From Octopus vulgaris (lineage: Eukaryota), in contig OX597839.1 in assembly GCA_951406725.2 (NCBI GenBank), positions 17,360,001 to 17,424,000 of the forward strand: a stretch of 64,000 bases of DNA. Direction: 5' to 3'. Each line of letters opens with the position of its first letter. The stretch's first letter is position 1. The notes under the pieces were generated by a model. It did not search any database. It saw only the letters and a program-made list of their open reading frames with translations, and was not told the origin of the DNA. Shown here in pieces: positions 35,706 to 48,928 of the stretch. A program made the translations under genes and the position numbers.

Positions 35706-36047
35706 ACCAAGGAGGTTTTTCCCTCTTTCTCAAAGGCTGTCATTACTTTGGAGACAGTACTTCTTGATACACCAAACATTTTGGCTGTTTTAATTATGCT
35801 TGTGCCTGTCATACGAGCACCAACAATTTGACTTCTTTGGAAGTCCGATACATCTGTCATTTTAATTAATTTTAATTACCTTTTTCTGATGATATCTGAA
35901 AAGAAACAGCAATTTTAGGAAAACATATTAAGCAACAGCAATAATAAATTAAAAAACAAAAACAAACTAACTATTGATGGTTTTATAGATATTTCAAAAT
36001 TATGATGCAATGATGCTAGGTGTTTCCATTATTTTGTCCAACCCCTG
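35706..36047 (-). mobile_element. Tc1-family transposon, 5' remnant (TIR plus transposase N-terminal HTH)
   Basis: Minus strand TA|CAGGGGTTGGACAAAATAATGGAAACACC terminus; ATG at 35860 gives MTDVSDFQRSQIVGARMTGTSIIKTAKMFGVSRSTVSKVMTAFEKEGKTS, a paired-like HTH. Confidence 0.85.
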
Positions 36048-37670
36048 TATATATATATATATGTATGTTTGTTTGTGTGTGTGTGTGTGTGAGTGTGTGT
36101 GTGTCTGTGTGTGTGTGTATATTATATATATATATATATATATAATATGCAATTGTAACATGCCAAGGAGAAAGCTATGATGTGGTTACTTGCTTTGCTA
36201 ACAATAACAGCATCCAACCCATGAAATCATTTCCAAACACCCATAAAGGTGATGACAATGTTAGTGTTGAAGGCATTGATACATTCCCTTCCCACAAACA
36301 CTTACAGATACACACACACTCACACATAAATTTATGTTCGTCCAGCGGAGCAATACGGACCATATGGTCATCTACCGAAGATGACTAATGACTCGTACAG
36401 TAACTTTGTTTAAAGTAAAGAAGAGCTGTGCACCATTAACCTCACTCTCTCTCATCTGTAATTATCTTCAATCCAGTAGCAAGACCTGCTCAAAACAACT
36501 GGGGCTGGAGATGAATACAGGAGACAACCAAGATGTCTTGTCCATACTGCTCCCTGCTTTCCACAATGTTTTGCTGCAGCTGCTTTCTTCCTCCTTTGAG
36601 CCATGAAGATTTCTTTCACCAAGTCTGCTGCATCCAATCTTCACGTGCATAAATAGGCAAGCCCTAATATACTAATTAACCCATATTTGGGTCCCTGACA
36701 GGTGCTACTACTCCAAGTCAAGTCTATCCTTACAATACATGTGAAGTTGTTTGTAATATAATCACTAGTTGTATCACCAGTACAGTATGTTATATATGGA
36801 ACCTTGTGCAACTATCTTCTACAATAGTCTCAGGTTGACCTATGCCTTGTGAGTGAATTTAGCAAATGAAAACTGCATGGAACCTTGTGTGTGTATATAT
36901 ATTTATGGAGGTTGTCTGCTCCTTGCAGAGCTTAACCTCTTCTTGTACCTATAATTGCCCTATCCTAACATGAGCTCTTAAATGACTTTTGAACCCAGAA
37001 GCATATTTGAAGGGCTGATCGCATATACTGCAGCAATGTCTCATTTCAGCATTGGATCCGTGTATGAGTGTGTGCATCTACCTGTGTGTTTCTGTGTTTG
37101 TGTTTATCACCCCTGTGCCACTACTTGATAAATAGTCTTTGTTTATATTCCCCATATCTTAGCATTTTGTTAAAAGAGAGCAATAGAAAAGTACCAAACT
37201 TGCAAGAAAAAAAAAAAAAGACACAAGTACTGAAGCCAACATGTTTGACTACACCCTTTCAAAGCAGTTCTCCAGCATGACCACAATCCAGTGGGTGAAA
37301 CAAGATATCAGTATGCATTTAATTTCACTGTAAGCTCAGACCTTCAAAAGTCTTTTCAGTATTTTGGAATAACAATTAAACCAACCAGTTTCATCATTAT
37401 TTAACACCTCTTCAGAAATCTCTCACCTTTCTCTCTGCCTCCATTGGGATGCTGAGAGAAAATGGTGGAAACCTACTTATTTAAAATGTAAACAAAATTG
37501 TGCCATGATACAATTCATTTGCAAATTTGATAAAGTAATTACTAGAATTGCAGATAATAATTGCTAGAGTAGCATTATGGGAAAATAAATTATGAAAATG
37601 AGTCATGCTTGTGACTTTTGGGCAACTATTTATATTAGCATGGATTTTCTTCTTCCTACTTTACCCCAAT

Positions 37671-38037
37671 CATATTTTGTTGTATCGTAGGAGGGTCATT
37701 ATGCCAACAATAAACATATGTATTGGTTCTGCTTCACTTCTTTATTTGTATTACTTGATTGGTTAACCATTAAAGAATTTTAACTAACTGTTTGCTTGTT
37801 TTGTCAATCAATCAATTGCGAATAGCACCAAAAGGACTTTGAGAAACTTAGTTGATTGATCAACTAACTGATAAATCAAACACTTGAATAGTTAATTGGT
37901 AATATGACTAATCAATTGACTAATAACAATAAAGAAGTGAAATAAAACCAGTGTGTGTGTGTTTATTGGCATAACGATCCTCCCAAGATATAAAATATGT
38001 TTCACACAGGAGTTTACTTCAAGAATCTTGCAAACCA
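37671..38037. mobile_element. Fold-back element family G, near-complete palindrome
   Basis: GGAGGGTCATTATGCCAACAATAAAC is mirrored by GTTTATTGGCATAACGATCCTCC; TTCACTTCTTTATT is mirrored by AATAAAGAAGTGAA. Confidence 0.8.
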
Positions 38038-38174
38038 CTTGCACAAATGATATATCCCTATTATAACTTTATTAATTAAAAAACAAAGGTTATACAATTT
38101 CAAATCTTTGTTATTCAAAACTCAGAAAATGAAAGACTGTCACAAAAATTTATAAGTGGGTGAAAAAATCTAAG

Positions 38175-38930
38175 CACAGTTGTGTGATAAGAAGTTTGTT
38201 TCTCAACCACATGGTTCCAGGTTCAATCCCACTGCATGGCACCTTGGGCAAGTGTCTTCTACTATAGCCCCCGGTCAACTAAAACTTTGTGAATGGATTT
38301 GGTGGACAGAAACTGAAAGAAGCCTATATATATATATATATATATATATATTGATATATACACACACACAAACATACATGTATGTGCATGTATATGTGAC
38401 TTTGTGTCTGTGTTTGTCCCCTACTACCACTTGAGAACTCCTGTTGGTGTGTTCACATTCCCATAACTTATTGGTTCAGTAAATGAGACTGATAAAATAA
38501 GTACCAGGCTTAAAAATATGTACTGGGGTTGATTCATTCAACTATGGTGCCCCAGCATGGCTACATCCTAATGACTGATAAAAAGAAAATAGATGTAGAG
38601 CTGAATATCAACCAATTTTGTATATATTTTAATAGATAATCTTTGGTTGCTATTGTATAGTATCATGAGAAGTAGTGATGTGAAAATCCTGATAAGATAT
38701 TAAATAACAATGAAGAAGGTCATTTTGGACCTCATTCCAGGTTGCAAAAAAAAAAAAAAAAAATGAAAATTGTATTTAGGTGGAGGAATGACTCTGTGGT
38801 TATGAAGTTTACTTAGCAACCATGTGGTTCAGTCTCACTGTGTGGTACCTTAGGTAAGCATCTACTATAACCCCAGGCCAATCAATGCCTTGTGAGTAAA
38901 TCTGATAGATGGAAACTGTGTGGAAGCTTG

Positions 38931-38964
<34 letters not shown>

Positions 38965-39050
38965 GTTTGTGTCTGTGTTTGTACTCCACTTCACCTCTTG
39001 ACAAATAGTGCTGGTTTGTTTGCATTCCCATAAGTCAATAGGTCAGCAAA
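38175..39050 (+). mobile_element. Two SINE family A copies (38175-38592, 38778-39050)
   Basis: Family A head and CORE-like body with internal (TA)n. Confidence 0.8.
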
Positions 39051-41070
39051 TCCACTAGTGTGATAACAAGATTGTGAGCTTCTGTCACAAATGGGGTCAC
39101 CTAATGATAATGATGAAGGAACAGAACATGAAGTTTTAGTTCCTATTTGCAAATATGTTTGAGTTTGTGGAATGAAGAATTATATACTCTGGAGTTCATC
39201 ATTTTAATTAATAAGAATAATCCCAAACACTACAGACAATTAATAATAATTTTCTGAGAAATAAGACTACTTAACCATGAGTTCCCTCCATTGTATTCTG
39301 TTAGACAAATTATATAAGGAAAATGTTTTAGTTAATTAAATCCATTCACTGGTATTCATCATCATCATTTAACATCCACTTTTCCATGTTTGCACTAATC
39401 AGATAGAATCTACTGAGGCAGATTTTTTACACTAGTTACCCTTCCTGTTACCAACCTTCATTTGTTTTCAAGTAAAGCTAAATTTCCTCATGGCTTGACA
39501 TGTTTATAATGGGAAACTGGAAATGAACAACATTGCTCATATAATGATGATGCTCACCTAATGTCAAGACAAGGGTACACACAAACATATTTTATATTTT
39601 ATAAATATGTGAAAGACTGTGTTGTTGTTATCACTGTTACCATTGGTGTTGTTATTATGTACCCCCAAGTTAGTCCTAACCAAACAGATCTATTATTAAT
39701 GACTTTCTAGTCTTTTTTATATCCAAGATTTGTTAACCTTTGGTTAATCCTCACTTTGTGAATGGAATTTGGTAGGTGGAAACTATATAGAAGCCTTATC
39801 ATACAACTAATAACTTATTGGTTTTCTTAGTCTGATTAAACAAAAAAAATAGAAGAATGTGTCCACCTTCCATGTTTTAAAACAACAGGGTGTGTTCTGA
39901 GAGATTTTGCTATTGTTTCTAGCTCTTTACTGTACTTGTACTTACAGTGGCATTCACCCAGGGTGGGTTGAACTGGCCTTGATGAATTGTTTGTTCAGAA
40001 TTTCAGTGGGAATACAAGTTCACATGTGGTGCCTGGTCACATACATACACACTTTGGGATAGTGTGATCTATAGTAGTTCATTTTGCCATCAATTGTTGT
40101 CTCTTGCAGAGGATTCACTGACCAAGTCACCACACATTATCCAAGCAGACGTAACCTGGATTTGAAACAGGTTCTAGAGACATGCTTTAACAAAAGCTTA
40201 AGGATGCTTCTCTCACAGTGATCTCCCAGTACATTGGACATCAACCCAGAATTTCTAAGGGCCTGTGCTATTGCTTGGTAGTCATTGAGCCTACATGAGG
40301 TTCATCCATCCTTTCTAGCTCTTTAAGTCACTGTGGAAAAAATTTCCCTCAATGCATTGTGAAAAAATTAGGTGACCTTCAGAAGAGCAAAGTGAATTTA
40401 ATAACATCAGATATCAAACTAGATAGCAGATAGTAGTATATACTGCAGCACTCAACTGTTTGTGTCAAATGTGTTACATTACAACTGTGTTATTAACCAA
40501 TTAACTGTTGGGGTTTTAGGGGTTTTTTTTAAAGTAAACCAGAGGACATGCTTTTAGTTGGTTTTCTTTTCTATTCTAAAGCTAAAGAAACATAACTTCA
40601 TATTAAAGAAACATAACTTCAGATTCTACATTTTTTTCTTCTGCATTATATTTCTGTAATTCACTCAGTTAGAAAGAAGAATGTAATAGTTTATATTAAA
40701 AAATAAGGATAGCTTACTTTATTTTTCTATAAAATTACAACCAACAGCTGTAAGTCATTGCATTCTCAGTTAAAAACAGACAACAACAGCTTATTAACAG
40801 AAAAACTCTTACTAGCCAATCAACATTTTATTACTATGTTGCTACATTCCTCAATATGGTTGGCTCTCACCATTAACTCATTCATTTCTTGGTGACCATA
40901 TTCACAGCAACCCATTTAAGACCACTTCTGCTCCTATGATACAAATCTGTCTGTTTTAATATTTTTCTAGATAATCTAGCTGTAGAAAATTCCATCTGAC
41001 CCATGCATGCATGGAAAAGTGGATGTTAAAGCAATGATGATGATTGTGTGTGATGGAGTATTCTCAACTT

Positions 41071-41782
41071 CACAGCCATTCCTGTACATAAAAGGGAAAA
41101 CAGGATGGTCATGGCTGGAATGCTTTTGATTTTAAGTCTGCTTGGTCAGAGCCTGACCTAGGGCTAAGCAATAACAACATCAACAAACCAACCAGTGGAT
41201 GTTCCACATAGACTGTTGACCTCCTAGAAACAGCAACCAAATCTCCCTTAGCACACATGTTGAAGCTGACATCTGACAATTTTTTTTCTTCAATTTCTTT
41301 CTTGCCTATTGTTTGCTTTCTTTTATTTTATTCCCTTAAGGCACTGAAATCTAAACTCTTTCTAATAAACAGGCCATTGAGGGAGCTTTTATGGTCACAG
41401 AACATGCTAGAAATAGCAGCCAAATATTTATCAATTTACACCAACTGTTTTAAGCTTAGATAATGTGATCTTGGTTTCTTTGCATTAGTATCATCATCAT
41501 AATTTTAATGTCCAGTTTTCCATGCTTGCATGGGTTGGATGAGGTTTATTGAGGCATATGTTCTACAGCCAGATGCTCTTCCTGTCACCAACCCTCACTT
41601 CTTTCTAAACAAAGTAATATTTCCTTTTGGTTAAACATGTTTTTACAAAATTTAGGAAATGACTGATACTGCTTGTATGACAGAGACGTTTACAACTATT
41701 ATGCTGTTAAGACAAGGTGACACAAACTCATTAGCACATATAAACATACACACTCAATATAAATACATGTGTGTGTTTGTGT

Positions 41783-41831
<49 letters not shown>

Positions 41832-42307
41832 CACATACACACAAACATACATGTATATTGTGCATGCACATATGTATATATATATAATGAAAAGAAGATG
41901 ACAAAGAAAATTCTTTAACACGTCTTTAATTATAAGTTACAAATGTTTCTGTAGATATATAGACACATACACACACACACAAATATGCACTCACACATAC
42001 ATACATACACACGATTGGCTTCTTTCAGTTTGTGTCCACTAAATCCACTCACAAGCCCATGGTTGGCTTAGAGTTATAGTGCAAGACACTTGCCTAAGGG
42101 AAAAGCCAAAATTAGCTGGCTGGGAAGGAAACTACACAGCCATTCCTGTACATAAAAAGGGGAAAACATGGCTGGAATGCTTTTGATTTTAAGTCTGCTT
42201 GGTCAGAGCCTGACCTAGGGCTAAGCAATAACAACATCAACAAACCAACCAGTGGATGTTTGACATAGACTGTTGACCTCCTAGAAACAGCAACCAAATC
42301 TCCCTTA
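41071..42307 (+). repeat. Near-identical ~175-bp direct duplication (41071-41250 and 42135-42307)
   Basis: CACAGCCATTCCTGTACATAAAA...GAAACAGCAACCAAATCTCCCTTA is shared; the copies differ by a 9-bp indel and a few bases. Confidence 0.9.
41490..42150 (-). mobile_element. SINE family A2 (A head, RTE-type tail) with microsatellite and internal insertion
   Basis: (CAT)n..TTTCCATGCTTGCATGGG tail at about 41490; GGCTTCTTTCAGTTT..AAATCCACTCACAAG body at about 42017. Confidence 0.65.
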
Positions 42308-42903
42308 AATTACATTCTATTGTCTTAAGAATCTAAGTGACATTAATTAATGTATATCTAGTTGCACTGTGCTATCAACTAATTCATGTTGATAGCACAT
42401 TGTAATCCTCTCCACTCTCTCTCCAGACAGCTAATGAGGTGGACATGTTTTATGCCCATGAAACTTTAACTAACATGCAACTGGCTCAAACTGTTATTTT
42501 ATATATATATACATACATATGTTAATGTGTGTGTACACATACATATTCACATACACTTGCATACAGTAAGACTGCAATATAAAAAGACATTGTAAATTCA
42601 GTGTAATTTCTACTTCTCTTTGTCTTATTGTATATCATCACCTTCTCTTTGATAAATGGTACAACCCGAAAATGTTAGCTTCCCTTGTGTTTCCTTCATT
42701 AATTTTTCATTGTACACATTCTTCTATTGTTGTTGTTTCATCTTCTATTTCATACTCTTTTCCTGCTATGTGTTTTATGCATTTTGTTTGTCTGACTTTG
42801 TCTTATGTTTTTGTCCTCTCTTTACCTCATAACATTGTTATATTTTTTGTCTTTTTCATCTACCTATATCATCATATATATATACTTGCATGCATATATG
42901 TGC

Positions 42904-42950
<47 letters not shown>

Positions 42951-44300
42951 TACATGCATGTATATATACATACACACCCATGTATATATATATGTAAATA
43001 TATATGTACATGAGTGCATAACCATGCATAGTCATATATATGTGTGTGTGTTGATTTATGCATATATAATAATCAACAGACTGTAAATTTTGTCTAAAAG
43101 AATAGAGACCTCTCACATGTCTCCCCCTTTCTTTTGGAGTATTGAAATATATATATACTAATAATTGAACTACTGTGACCTCTCATCTCTCATTATGAAG
43201 TTGCATCATTGCATGAATCATCGGAAGAAAGTAACAGAGGTGATGGTTACAGTGATGGTGTAATGAATGGGGCAGCAGTACTGAAATCTCTATCATTCTT
43301 TTACATCATTGCTGAGTGAGAAGAATGAAAATGAAATGCATTAGTAGTGAAATGAATTGTATTGAGTTGTGTTAGAAAAGTAACACAGTTTATCAATTAT
43401 GATAATTGGAAGATTGGTGAGAGTAGTGGATTGGGAGGAACATAAGTGCATCATTATCATTATTCAATGTCCATGTTTTATACTGACTTGTGTTGGATGG
43501 TTTGACAGGATCTGGTGAGACCAAGGACTGTATTGGGCTCTGGTGTCTATTTTTGGCATGATTCCTATGGCTGGATGCCCTTCTTAATGCCAACCAAGAT
43601 AAAATGTCTTGATGTATTATTTTGCTACCTTAGCCTTTTATCCTTCTGGGGTGGGAGCTAGGTGATGATAACAGTGAAGAGGATGATGGAGGTGATGGTG
43701 ATAGTGCTAATGAACATGATGATAATGATGAGGTTCATGATAGCAATAGTGGTGATGATGATGATGAAATAAAGATGATAGTTGTGACAATGACTGTGGT
43801 ACTGGTGGTAATGCTGTCGTTGTTGCTGGTGGTAACAACATTAGGTGATGGTATAAGATTTGATGGAGATTTGACTGCTATTTCTAGCTAGCTTGCCAAA
43901 GGAACAAATACAAATATTTGATGATAAAATATAATAAATTTAGTACTAATGATAGGAAATTCTCCCAAAACATGGATTAAAATATTAATTAGAAAACATA
44001 CCTGTTCTAATACAAATCTAATATTTCTCAATATCCACTGATATTTATCATGACTTTTCTAATTTCAGCATCTCTCTAAGCTAATATATGTGTTTGCTCA
44101 GTTTGTTGTCCTATTAATTTGTCTTCCAGTTTTCTTAATGATAAAATATATTAAATCGCAGCTTGCCATTAGCTGAAAAGGACAAAAGGCTGTCAGTGTT
44201 TTCAGCTGACTGGTTGACAAACAGTGTAATGTATTCTGGTGCTGAACATATGTCTTCGGCTACAGACACTTGACTCTTACAATTCTAATTAAATATACAT

Positions 44301-44350
<50 letters not shown>

Positions 44351-44614
44351 AGGCTAAACTTATGTCCTTTTGCGTTGCATTTTTGTTTTTTACTTTTCAT
44401 TACTTTTCATCATTCTTTTGAAGAAATTAATGGAAAAATATAAACCTCAGCTTTAGTCAATTTATCCAACTTTACAGTGATCTCAACGTGCATATTTAGA
44501 AGTATAAATTAAAAAAACAAAATCCCAAACTATACCAATACAAAAATATACTTGAAAATATATAAAAACCATTTAGTTGAGTGGGGTATAGTACGTTTGT
44601 GTGTGTGTTTGTAT

Positions 44615-44649
<35 letters not shown>

Positions 44650-44652
<3 letters not shown>

Positions 44653-44845
44653 GAAGGTTTACGAAAATAAACAAAAGACGAAGGCAGGTGGAGTACAAAC
44701 AAACAAATGTATTAGTATAGCGCTCAGGAATAGAAAAAGTCTTTTACGTTTCGAGCCTACGCTCTTCGACAGAAAGATACACAGAAAAAAACAAGGAGAG
44801 AAAGAAGAAGAGAAAAAAATGCGTGTAGGAGCTAACGATCTATCA
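44650..44845 (-). mobile_element. Short CpG-rich (TA)n-flanked element carrying a hammerhead (Penelope-like pLTR remnant)
   Basis: Bounded on both sides by (TA)n; contains the motif at 44740-44777. Confidence 0.6.
44740..44777 (-). ncRNA. Minimal type-I hammerhead motif, A6U core variant
   Basis: Minus strand TCTTT|CTGTCGA|A|GAGC-GTAG-GCTC|GAAA-CG-T-A|AAAGA: 5-bp stem I, 4-bp stem II, palindromic stem III ACGU, GUA triplet. Confidence 0.6.
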
Positions 44846-44877
<32 letters not shown>

Positions 44878-45974
44878 CAGATATAAGCATGTATCTTCTC
44901 TAGCCTTGGGCTAACCAATGACTTTTGAGTGAATTTTATAGAAACTGTGTGGAGGTCTGTCATATGTATATATGTCTGTGTTTTTGCACTTATGTTTGTC
45001 CTCACTACTAATTGACAATCGGTGTTAGTTTGTTTATATCCCTGTAATCTAGTGGTTTGGCAAAAGAGACTGGCAAAATAAGTACCAGGCTTAAAAAATA
45101 TGTACAAGGAACAATCTGTTGAACTAAAACCCATCAAGACAGTTCCCCAACAGGGCTGCAGTCCAATGAAAAAATAAAATTAAAGTAAAAAACTAAGTAA
45201 ATGAGAGATAAAGGGAAACAAGTGAGGAAAAAAAAAAGATAATGTATCAACATTTTACATACAGCTTTCAATTTTCTGCTTTAAATTTTGAAGTGTGTTG
45301 GAAGAAACTGGTTAATTTTAACTGTTTTGAAAAACCTTGTTCAAAACTGGATTTTTACAGCATACATGGTGCAGTCACTTCACATGTTAGAAATCATGGC
45401 TAAATTTCCCTGAAACCATATTCTACCCGTCTACAAAAACAGCAAAAGACAAATTTGGATTACCATGTTTTCTGGTTCTGAAGAAATGCCATCCTTTAAG
45501 ATTCAACACAATTTTTGCTTTAAAACCTTGAAACCCATCCATCAATTTTTTTTTTTTTTTTTTGCCCACTATTCCTGGTAAAGTCATGGGAATACGGTTT
45601 TCAGTCACTGTCTTCATAGCGTCGAATGAGAAGCAACCGTCATAATGCTTTGCTGCTGGATTCCCAAGCACAACCAACTGAGTCTATGGATATTATCCAA
45701 CTATCTCATTCTTGGCCTAATGTTAGGATCCTGTTAGTTGGCTTGACTTGAATAATTCATCTTGCTGTTCTTTCCTGCACCTTCTTGAAAGAAGTAAACA
45801 TCAAACCTTGGTACTTTCACCTATTTTACCTAGATGTTTAGTTAGTGCCTCAAAGGCATGTAGATCATATTGATACCTTATAATCAACAATTATCTTTTA
45901 CTTTTACAGCTGTGCTAGGTAAACCCACCTCTGGGGTTAAAATTGATGTTTAAAAAAAATGTAGTGTTCATTCT

Positions 45975-46271
45975 CTTGGGTGCACCATTTGAGCGGGATC
46001 GTTACCAGCATTGCCTTACTGGCATGTGTAAAAAAAAAAAAAAATTGAGCAAGGTCGTTGCCAGTATGCCTGACTGGCCCCCATGCCGGTGGCACATAAA
46101 AGCACCCACTACACTCCCGGAGTGGTTGGCATTAGGAAGGGCATCCAGCTGTAGAAACTCTGCCAGATCAAGACTGGAGGCTGGTGCAGCCATCCAGTTC
46201 GCCAGCCCACAGTCGAACCGTCCAACCCATGCTAGCATGGAAAGCGGACGTTAAACAACGATGATGATGAT
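45975..46271 (+). mobile_element. RTE-tailed non-autonomous element, family D (well preserved)
   Basis: GTGGTTGGCATTAGGAAGGGCATCCAGCTGTAGAAAC core; CCGTCCAACCCATGCTAGCATGGAAAGCGGACGTTAAAC..(GAT)n tail. Confidence 0.85.
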
Positions 46272-46770
46272 TTTAAGAAAAAAACAAAAAGCATCTTTGA
46301 CACAAGTAAACATGGTATGTGTTTGTAGCTGTTCAAAAAAAGATAGGAGGGTCTCTGCTGGAAAGTTTTTTACTATGTGTTTGATCATTGAAGGTTAGCC
46401 TATGGATAAACAAATCAATGAGCACGTTTGTTTCTGCCTGTTTAATCACTTGGACATAGCAACCAGATTTCCTTTAAATCAAACCGTATCATTTTTTATT
46501 ACAGAAATAGAAAAGATTATATAATAAATATTAGTAATGGATGCACAACACCAACAAATAGAATGCTTACCACAGGAACACCTTAATCATAGTACTTGCT
46601 TGATCAGGGCTGACCTTCAGTAAATCATAAAACATTAAAATTCTGTTACTATTTGACATCTAATTTTCCAAGTCTGAATGGATTTACTGATTTACTGTTA
46701 GTAGTGGAGTCTGTATATTTTCTATATATTTCTTTCTTTCTTTTTATTGCAATGTAGTAGATTTTTATCA

Positions 46771-47176
46771 GTGCAGGAATGGCTGTGTGGTTAAGAAGCT
46801 TACTTTGAAACCACATGTTTTCGGATTCAGTTCCACATGTCACCTTAGGCAAGTGTTTTCTACTAATAACTCTGGATTGACCAATTCCTTGTGAGTGAAT
46901 TTGGCAGATAGAAACTGTGTGAGATCCCTAGACTATATATACATGTATGTGTGTGTGTGTGTGTGCGTGTGTGTGTGTGTTCATATTTGTTCTCCACCCA
47001 GCTGCTTGACAACTGGTATTGTTTTGATTTCCACCCTTTTAGTGATTTGGCAAAGGAGAAAGAAAAAAATAAGTACTTACCTTAGAAAGAAGTATTGGAG
47101 TCAGTTTGTTTTGCTAAAGCCTTCAGGATGCTGCTCCAGCATGGCTACATTCTAATGACCAAAACAAATAAAAGAT
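46771..47176 (+). mobile_element. SINE family A
   Basis: Family A head, body, (TG)n and tail. Confidence 0.8.
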
Positions 47177-47265
47177 ATAGTACTTGACTGGTACTTTATT
47201 TTATCAGAATAAAAGGATAAAAGGCCAAGTTTGCATTGGTAGGGTTCGAAATCAGAAATCAAGAG

Positions 47266-47550
47266 ATCATCATCATTTAATCCATTTGTCCATACTGGCA
47301 TTGGCTGAATGGTTTGATGGGATCCAATGAGCCATAGGACTGTATTAAGTTCTAGTGTCAGCTTTGGCATGGTTTCTTCAGCTGGATGCCTTTCCCAATG
47401 CCAACAGTTTTACAGAATGTAATGGGTGCTTTTTTTAAAGGCCACCAACACGTGTGAGGTTCTCAAGTAACTTGCAAGACATGAGGCGGAAAAAGCCCCT
47501 TCAACTGAGTGACAGCAAAGGAGATGGTTTTATGGTAGGTGTTAGAAGGC
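47266..47550 (-). mobile_element. RTE-tailed element, family D
   Basis: (CAT)n tail; GCTGGATGCCTTTCCCAATGCCAAC core. Confidence 0.7.
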
Positions 47551-47659
47551 TAGTTTTCTACTATATTAAAACAGCAATAAAACAAATTAAGTCCCCTCTT
47601 CTCCATATCAGTTCTCATTCATAATTCTTGCCCCTCCTAGATGGTTTGTTTACCATGAG

Positions 47660-47925
47660 GGCTATATGTTGTGTTAGGGTTAGACACTTTATTTCGCGTT
47701 GCTCCTGTTTACTCAGCTGTAGAAATTAGTTGACATCACTGGTGCCAAGTTGTATCAGCCTTTGCCTTTCCCTTGGATAACATCAGTGGAATGGAGAGGG
47801 GAGGCTGGTATACATGGGCGACTGCTGGTCTTCCACAAAATAGACAACTTTGTCCAGATTTGTGCCTTGGAGGGGAACTTTCTAGGTGCAATTTTATAGT
47901 CATTCATGATCAGAGGAGGTCTTTT
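47660..47925 (+). mobile_element. SINE family F (5' decayed)
   Basis: Collinear with 24975-25275. Confidence 0.75.
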
Positions 47926-48875
47926 TACATTAAAAATGAATGCTTTTTCCATAATATTTTATTTCAGAAGCCACAATCTTTTCCTTACTTATACAATATG
48001 CAAAAGAGATTCATATGTTACTGTCTTCTCAATTTGTTTCTGAACACACTCATTAGTTTAATACGAAACACAAAGAATCTTTCAACAACATTTCATTTCA
48101 AAAGCCACAATCTTTTTCTCATTTATATGAATTAATAAGGAACAAAATAACCATAGTTTGTTTGATGTCTTATGTGGTTGACTATACCAAAATACTGCAG
48201 TGTTTTAAGTACTACAGTCAAATTCATATCACTTTATTCTGACAATCGCTAAAGCTAATGATATAATTGGAAGACATCTTTCTCTGGGCACTTGTTCAGT
48301 TTCTTCTTTTTGTTTTTTTAAAATATATAAATTTCCAAGTCCAGTTTTAATTTTATTTTGATTAATTGTCATTGAATAAGCTAAAAATGTGAAAAGTTCA
48401 TTTAATCAACATCGAGAACTCGTTTTACTAAACAATATACAGCAGCTCATATTTTTTTTTTTTTTTTTGCTTTTTCTGTGATCAATTGTCATATTTGACT
48501 GGATCAAGAATATCACTCTAATTCAAAGTTGACTTTTCAATTCATGGTAATATTTTAAATACGTTTAAGAAGTCTAATAAACTGGAGATTAACTTTGTAG
48601 TAATCAGTGAGGATTATTTTCTCATTCTGTAACCATAACTATAGGAATTCTACTGCAAACGTAAAAATAAATAAAGTAAAAACAGACAATGCAATTGACT
48701 CATGTGACATTTGGTTTTTACAGCCATTTTACAGCTATTTTCTCATGTCTAAGTTCTTTATTTTCATCCTACAAACACTCTCACAATATCAGTTGCTCTA
48801 TTAAGCTTGGAGAGCAGAGTTTCTGCTGCTATGTATCGTGTTTGTATGAAACTGCTGTTACATGCATATCTGCTG

Positions 48876-48924
<49 letters not shown>

Positions 48925-48928
48925 ATAT

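Noticed and set aside
42645-42680. Hammerhead-like TTGATAA...CCCGAAAATGTTAG
   Set aside because: U3-A8-type core is visible, but stem I is 2 bp and stem II/III registers are ambiguous; a possible relic only.
43660-43860. Acidic D/G-rich reading frame followed by a hydrophobic stretch
   Set aside because: Degenerate (GAT/GGT)n repeat without splice or domain support.
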